Of a stretch of 64,000 bases of DNA, positions 56,958 through 64,000 are shown one piece after another. The stretch is from the human T2T-CHM13v2.0 reference genome, Homo sapiens. The notes under the pieces were generated by a model. It saw only the letters and a program-made list of their open reading frames with translations, made no database searches and was not told the origin of the DNA. A program made the translations under genes and the position numbers. How positions within the stretch are numbered: position 1 is the stretch's first letter; every line of letters begins with the position of its first letter. Where the stretch lies: the NCBI RefSeq assembly GCF_009914755.1, contig NC_060932.1. One strand, given 5' to 3'.

Positions 56958-57252
56958 TTTTTTTTTTTTTTTTGATATGGAGTCTCTGTCTGTCACCTAG
57001 GCTGGGTGCAATGGCGTGATCTAGGCTCACTGCAACCTCCACCTCCTGGGTTCAAGCGATTCTCCTGCCTCAGCCTCCTGAGTAGCTGCGATTACAGGCG
57101 CACGCCACCATGCCCAGCTAATTTTTGTATTTTTAGTAGAGACAGGGTTTCACCATGTTGGTCAGGCTGGTCTTGTACTCCTGGCCTTGTGATCTGCCGA
57201 CCTTGGTCTCCCAAAGTGCTGAGATTACAGGTGTGAGCCACTGTGCCCAGGC
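56958..57252 (-). mobile_element. Alu (AluSg-like)
   Basis: Antisense dimer directly abutting the tail of the next Alu. Confidence 0.95.
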
Positions 57253-57576
57253 TTTTTTTTTTTTTTTTTTTTTTGAGACAAGGTCTCACTCTGTCACCCA
57301 GGCTGGAGTGTAGTGGTGCAATCAAAGCTCACTGCATCTTCAACTTCCTGGGCTCAAGCCATTCTCCCATCTCAGTCTCCCAAGTATCTGGGACTATATC
57401 CAGTTATTTAATTTTAAATTCACCACACTCAGCTAATTTTTGTATTTTTTGTAGAGACATGGTCTCACTATGTTGCCCAGGCTGGTCTTGAACTTCTAGC
57501 CTCAAGCAATCAATCTATCTGCCTTGGCCTCCCAAAGTTCTGGGACTACAGGCATGAGCCACCACGCGCAGCCAGC
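57253..57576 (-). mobile_element. AluJ-type carrying a foreign 22-bp replacement
   Basis: Antisense dimer; gggactata[tccagttatttaattttaaatt]caccac. Confidence 0.92.
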
Positions 57577-59914
57577 CATCACATTTTTAGATAAAACATC
57601 GAGGAAGTACTTATACTGATATATACATTTTACTATAGCAACTATAGTAAAGAGAAACCAGTGAGTCCTAAAACTGAATTTTTAAAAAAATTAGAAACAT
57701 AGAGTTAAAATTAAGATTATACTCAAAGTTCTTCAGAGATAAGTATTAAAGTCATATTTCCAAACCTTTAGGCACTATAAAGAATTCCATAAATAAGAGG
57801 TTATTTAAAATTAAAAAAACCTATGCTCAAGCAATATCTTTGATCATAAGACAATTCTGGCAATGAGACAAATTCTTGAAATCTCAACAACACTAACATG
57901 GGCTCAGATTTTTGCTTTCAATAAATAGAACCTCATCAAAGAGGTCTTGGAAATTCTGCTAGTCAATGGAATAAAATAATGAATCGGATAGAAGTCCTCC
58001 AGCCCTGTGCTGGACCGAAATGTCTCTGACTGCCTGTCATATTTCAGAGGATCGTGCTCCTCAGAGCAGTGTGGGGCTGGCACAGAGATGAAAGAAAGAA
58101 GAGGTTCCTCCCTGGTTTCTGTTTATTTGAACCTGAATCAGAATAGAGAGGAAGCAAAGGAGAATGAATGGTGTGATCCAACTTTTCTTCCATATGTGAA
58201 CAATATTGACTTATATGGCATAATTATGCCCAGATGCTGTCGTGACAGGGTGTAGAGATTTCTGACTTGCATAACTGAATATATTTTTTAAAGACAACAA
58301 AGAAAAAGAAATCAGTCACAACATTGCTTTAGCATCTTGAGTCTTGGAGTGCTTCTGCCACGGAAAGTTATAGTCTCTGCTCTTTTCTGCTTAGACTGTA
58401 TCTTAAAACTAGCTTCAATATTGGATGGCCTATTTTAAGGGAGATCCTGACACTTAGTATCCAAATTACAAAAGATGACTAGGTTACTGAGGATCTGAAG
58501 ATTGTCCCATATAAGTTATAGTTGAATCTTCTGTGGAAGTTTAACTTGGATAAAATAAGCAGAGAAATGACAAATGTGTTCACATATGTGAAGATCATCC
58601 TTGTTTTTCTTGTTTTGTTTTGTTGTTTTATATTCTAGGAAGCACAGTGGAATTTGAAAGACAGACTTTAGATCACCATATTGGAGACCTTTATAACAAT
58701 TAAAACATAGGAATGGGGCAGGAAGCCTTATTAGGTGGTGAGATTGTGAGATTCCTCTGCTGTTGATGGAGACTAGACAGAGGCCAGATGAATGTGTCAA
58801 TAATGTTGCAAGCACTGCTTCCATATTGGCTAGAAATTTGGAAGGTTAGAAAAAGTCACCAACTCTATCATCATAAGAAAACTGAGTTGAGGGCAGAAAG
58901 TAATATGATATCTGGGTTTTGGGGAAACCAGTTACCTCTCTTCAAATCTTTAATGTGGAAAGAATGAAACCATCTTAGACCTTTTTGAGTACAGAATGAC
59001 TTGAAGTCAGAGGAAGGAGCATGGCAGACACAGAATGTCCCAAATTGAGACAGCATCTTTTAAGCAAATTGTTGTCCCTTTGGGTAGAGTGGGAATAATA
59101 ATATCGCACTCACATTTATCTCACAGATGCTGTGAGGGTGTGTGACTCAGTGTTTTTAAAGAGCTTTGGATACCTGCTGTGGTTAATGTGTCACTCACTG
59201 CGAAGCTTTCCAAGGCAATTATTTTGATCAGAATGTCACTCAGAGTTAGTAGGCTGGCTTCATGAATCATTTGGGGAGGGTAGTATAATTCAAATTTGTT
59301 ATGTATTGTCAAACATTTAAAAAGAATAATAGTATAAAACAAAATACTTGCTTTTACACTAAAATTTAACATCTTTTTTTTTTTTTTCTGGGAAAATAGA
59401 ATGTTGCCTAAACTGAAGTCCAAACAACTTTACTTTTTACCTTTTCAAATATCCATGTGGCATCAAGCCAGGCCATTTAAAATGACATCCAGTTATTTAA
59501 TTTTAAATTCATTTTGTAGAAATCCCACCTCTCTGGGGAGTATGTACAGCAAAAGTAAGGCCATCACAAAAGCTGAATGTCCCAAAGTGGTGCTTTTTAG
59601 CAGAAAATGTAATTTTTTTAAGATGAAACTTGCCTTCAGTGTTCTTAGAGAGTGGGTTCCATATTGGTTTCTGAAGGAGAGTCAAGCCTGGTCTCCACAG
59701 TGCACTAAATGCAGTAGGGGGTCAAGCAAATGATGGGAAAAGCATAAATCATCTTGGAATTATAGATTCCTCTTTGCTGTTTGACTTTAAATTCACCATC
59801 TGCTGGCTGAATCTTGATGGGAGTTGAACATAAACATAAGGCCAGTGCATGACTGTGACGTGGAAGGTGGAAGAAAGTTCCTTCTGACTTGTTAAAACCC
59901 TTAAAATCTACACA

Positions 59915-60268
<354 letters not shown>

Positions 60269-60819
60269 TGATTTAATTATAAAACTCAAACCTTAAAGGA
60301 CAATTGGATTCCAAAATGTAGATTATATGTAGATAATATTTCTGTTCACAAGTCTAGGTGTACATTAGTATCCATTCAGAAAAGTGAAAAAAAGTTTAAA
60401 AGCATTTTTAAAAACATGATGAAACTATAACACTCAAAATAATGTGATGGGGGATAAAAGGCAGTTGATTGATAAATGAGTCATTGACAGGTCAATGCTG
60501 TAAAAGGCCGAGTCTAAGTTGATGGCTCTCAGTCCTGGTTCGTCACTGCTGTTGTGGAACTTGGCAACGAGTCCCTCTTGGGAATTATAGGCTTAGCATC
60601 ATGCTCTTGCTCGTATTAGCTGCTTCTTCTATCACTCTTTCAACAGTAACATATTAAAAACAAAAACAGGAAAAAAAACCCTCAAAACTTCTCAGGTAAG
60701 TAGTATTAAGGACACAAAAATATTTCAGGCTTGATTTAGAACTACATTTATGAAAGTAAACTACGTGATATAGAGCAAAACCACAACCTTTAGGTTTTGG
60801 GGGGTTTTGGTCTTATTTC

Positions 60820-60982
60820 TCTTTTTAAAAATAAGAGATAGGGGGTCTCATTCTGTCATCCAGGTTGGAATGCAATAGCTTGATCACAGCTCATTGCAGC
60901 CTGGAACCCCTGACCACAAAGGGATCCTCCCACCTCAGTCTCCTGAAGCTAGAACTACAGGCATGTGCCTCCACACCTAGCT

Positions 60983-61013
<31 letters not shown>

Positions 61014-61110
61014 GTGTGTAGGGAAGGGGTCTTGCTGTGTTGCTAATGTTGAACTCCTGGCCCTAAGTGATCCTCCTGCCTTACCTGGGATTACAGGCAT
61101 GCACCTTGTG
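60820..61110 (-). mobile_element. AluJ-type, degenerate
   Basis: ggtctcattctgtcatccaggttggaatgca...cagctcattgcagcc...gaactcctggcc..aagtgatcctcctgcc. Confidence 0.85.
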
Positions 61111-61324
61111 TCTCACTAATAGATTTGCTTTCTAGGTCTTTCCTGTCAGGTCCACCAATATTTTAGATGGATGGAGCACTTGATTAGATCAGGAGTCAAA
61201 ATTCTATTCCTGAATCTATTACTTACCAGTTGTACTACTTTGAATGAATGGCTTAATTTTTTAGTGACTTTGAATTGTTCCAGATATAAAATGACAGGAT
61301 AGGTCTAGAGAGTTGCCTTAGATG

Positions 61325-61720
61325 AATTAGGAAACAGTTTCTGAGATAGAGATGTTAGTGCAGTAGGTTTATTGGGGAGTGTTCTCAGGAATGCCTGTGG
61401 GGAAGTGAAGGATGTGGAGGAGGAAGATGGACTGGAATTCATTTGCCAGAGTCCTCAGCAGATCCTACCAGCTCTAGAGCTGGGATGGCCCTTCAGAGTT
61501 ATCCTGATCCACAAGGGGTCAGCCCCTAGGCATTCATAAGTCACTTTGTCCAGTCATTGGGGTTGACCCCAGGAAAAGGTATGGTTTGGGGTAAGAGGAC
61601 TCTTCAGTTGAGGGTAGTTCCTAGGAAGCTAGTGAGCTATGAGTTGGCATCAGGCAACATTTCCAGCAATTTGGTCAATGAGTTCCCCTTAAGGCTGGAT
61701 CTGGGCCACGGACCATGGCA
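61325..61720 (-). mobile_element. ancient ERVL-class LTR (LTR40/LTR41-like)
   Basis: aggtttattggggagtgttctcagga...cctcagcagatcc...gagctgggatggcccttcagagtt...cagtcattgg; family tentative. Confidence 0.5.
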
Positions 61721-62145
61721 CTCACTGCCATATTCACAGCGTCGTTTTCAGTGTGAAATTCTACTGTGTTAAAGTATTGTACAGTCACTGAAATGAGAGT
61801 ATTTTTATATTTGGCTACCCATGACATTTATTCTCTTCTGATTATATTGTTTCTCTCCTGATCTAGAGTTTTAGATTGTTTTGTTTGTTTTGTTTTGTTT
61901 TCCTGTACTTTTCTGTCTGTTGAGGAAAAAGAGTTTTATTCTTCTAGTATGAGAGTTTCTATTAGTCCTCCTTTTTAGACAGATGAACACCCTGTGACAA
62001 TTCCTTTTGTCTTTTTGTGGCGTGTAAAAAAAAAGAAATCCATAAATAGAGTCGTTACGCAAGTCTTCATGAGTTAATTTCTCTCTCCAGTTTTCTTACT
62101 ACTTTTTCCAGTTTTCATTTTCTTCAACAGAAAGCTTCTTCTTCT

Positions 62146-62478
62146 GGCTGGACACAGCGGCTCACGCCTGTAATCCCAGCACTTTGGAAGGCTGAGGGGG
62201 ATGTAATCCCAGCACTTTGGAAGGCTGAACTCCTGAGTTCAGGAGTTCCAGACCAGCCTGGGCAACATGGCGAAACTCCCAACTCTACAAAAAATACAAA
62301 AAAAAAAAAAAAAAAAATAGCTGGGTGTGGTGATATGCCCCTGTTGTCCTAGCTAAAGGGGAGGCTAAGCTGGGAGGATTGCTAGAGGCTGGGATGTTGA
62401 GGCTGCAGTGAGTTGTGATCATACCACTGCACTCCAGCCTGGGTGACAGAGGGAGATCTTGTCTCTTAAAAAAACAAA
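62146..62478 (+). mobile_element. AluJ-type with a 27-bp internal duplication
   Basis: Dimer; TSD aaag(c/t)ttcttc. Confidence 0.9.
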
Positions 62479-62938
62479 AGTTTCTTCAAATTGCCCCTTT
62501 ACAATTTAATATGCATGAACACATTTCTTTACAAAGAGAAGGTTATCTTTTATCTATATTCAAAATCATATGCCCTGGGGATCTTTACATCACAATGCAA
62601 ATAAATGTTGAGTTAACCAAAGGAAGTGTGAGTAACAAGTTAGTGACTGGGTTAGGGGGTGGTTAGGACAGTGGCGTGTGATTAAGAGATGAACATCTCA
62701 GACCGATGCTTAGTAAAACCTACAGGGGGAAGCATGATGACCTAGCCTTGAATATCTCATTTAGGAAGTTACACACGTGTCTGGGCTTTTCAAAATGTTT
62801 GCATGCCATTAATCAGCATCTTACATCAGCTTGCTCAATGAATGATGACTATGTCAAATGGAAGTAAAACATATAAGGCCAGAGAAGGATGAAGGGAAGT
62901 TTTTTTTAATGCAGTAAAGGATAAAGAAGGATGGAAGT

Positions 62939-63086
62939 GGCCAGGAGTGGTGGCTCATACATGTAACCCCAACACTTTGGGAGGCTGAAGTGGGAAGATC
63001 ACTTGAACCCAGGAGTTTGAGACCAGCCTGGGCAGCATAGCAAGACCCCATCTCTGTTTTTTAAAAATAAAAAAATATAAAAAAAA
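62939..63086 (+). mobile_element. FLAM_C-like Alu monomer
   Basis: ggccaggagtggtggctca...gatcacttgaacccaggagtttgagaccagcctgggcagcatagcaagacccc. Confidence 0.85.
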
Positions 63087-63479
63087 GAAGGTTGTAAGTT
63101 ATTCAAACCCATAAGGAGTTCAGCCAATGTATTGAGGTTTCACACTTTAGATATGATCAATTTGCTGTCTTTGGCCTTAAAGGAAAAACACAAACACAGC
63201 AGCCTCGTGTTCTTCTCAGACATTGGTTTCTCCTCCTTTCTTCCTAAGACAGCTCTTTTCCCACTTTCTCTCTGGCCAAGTCCATGCTCAGCATTGCGTG
63301 ACTTCACTGTTAGTCTAGGTTTATTCTGCTCTGGGAAGTTTCCCTGACCCCCTTCTTGACAGCTGCAGATCCTGTCAGTCACTTCTCTGTGTGCTTCCCT
63401 TGCCTTCCTTGTAGATTTTTATTACATCAATTAGGATACACCATTACAATGCATTATTTTGTATAATAAACACCTGTAT

Positions 63480-63710
63480 AGTTTCTACCATATGCCGGGC
63501 ACTAATCTAAGTGATTTACAAATGATTATTCTTCTGACCCTCATCACAATTCTATGAGAGCAGTCTATTATTTTCACCAATTTATAGAAAAGGAAACTGA
63601 AGCATAGAGAATTGAATACATTTTCTTTGATGTCATAGCAAGTAAGAAAAAAGGCTAGGATTCTAATCCAGGGAGTCTGGCTCCACAACAGGTGCAATTA
63701 ACCACCAGAC
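63480..63710 (-). mobile_element. MIR SINE
   Basis: ctaccatatgccgggcact..ctaagtg.tttaca...cctcatcacaattctatgag...tttatagaaaaggaaactgaagcatagaga. Confidence 0.8.
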
Positions 63711-64000
63711 CGTGAGGCCTCTCTGTCATATGCAAGCTCGTCTGTTTTGCTCAGAAGACTGTGTTTTACTCACTCACTCCCAACTTCTTATGGTAAAAAT
63801 TGCTTTTTAATGATTTAAATAATACATGCCCATGTAAAAGTTAAATCAATGACTAAAGCATTCTGAAGAAAGGAAAGGTTACCTGGAATCCCATGACCCT
63901 GAAATAACCATCATTAAAATTTTGTTCTTTATCCTTCCATGCATTGTTTAATGTACCACCTACCCACACCCATACACAGTAATTAAATGGGACAATATAA

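Noticed and set aside
57629-57651. Perfect 10-bp inverted repeat tttactatag-caa-ctatagtaaa
   Set aside because: About one such AT-rich stem is expected by chance in a window of this size; no other support
59786-59798. 13-mer tttaaattcacca also matching the right junction of the Alu insertion at 57413-57425
   Set aside because: The cacca part is ordinary Alu consensus and the rest is low complexity, so a second template switch is not needed

Overview
Primate (very probably human) non-coding genomic DNA, about 60% AT, with no CpG island and no credible protein-coding ORF. The ORF-track entries are short, and many are translations of Alu, LTR or simple repeats. The window is a mosaic of more than 25 Alu/FLAM/FAM SINEs, MIR and L2 relics, L1 3' fragments, solo MaLR/ERV LTRs (THE1, MST, MLT1, MLT2, MER31, MER39/34-like) and DNA-transposon relics (MER63, MER5, MER20), several of them nested. 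I cannot name the locus or a host gene. Repeat family names come from recalled consensus sequences, not a database search. The stand-out non-repeat signal is at 45357-45425. There, a CpG-dense 38-nt segment lies between a good 3' splice site and a GTAAGT donor. It folds with its downstream intron into a ~30-bp hairpin that buries the donor, carries a 5-codon mini-ORF in strong Kozak context, and has a UGCAUG motif downstream. This is a candidate structure-regulated poison or uORF microexon. The window also preserves several clear DNA repair/replication scars: a 25-bp templated insertion copied from 2.1 kb away into an Alu, a near-perfect 217-bp tandem duplication with junction microhomology, fold-back rearrangements, and a possible 3' transduction with two poly(A) tails.
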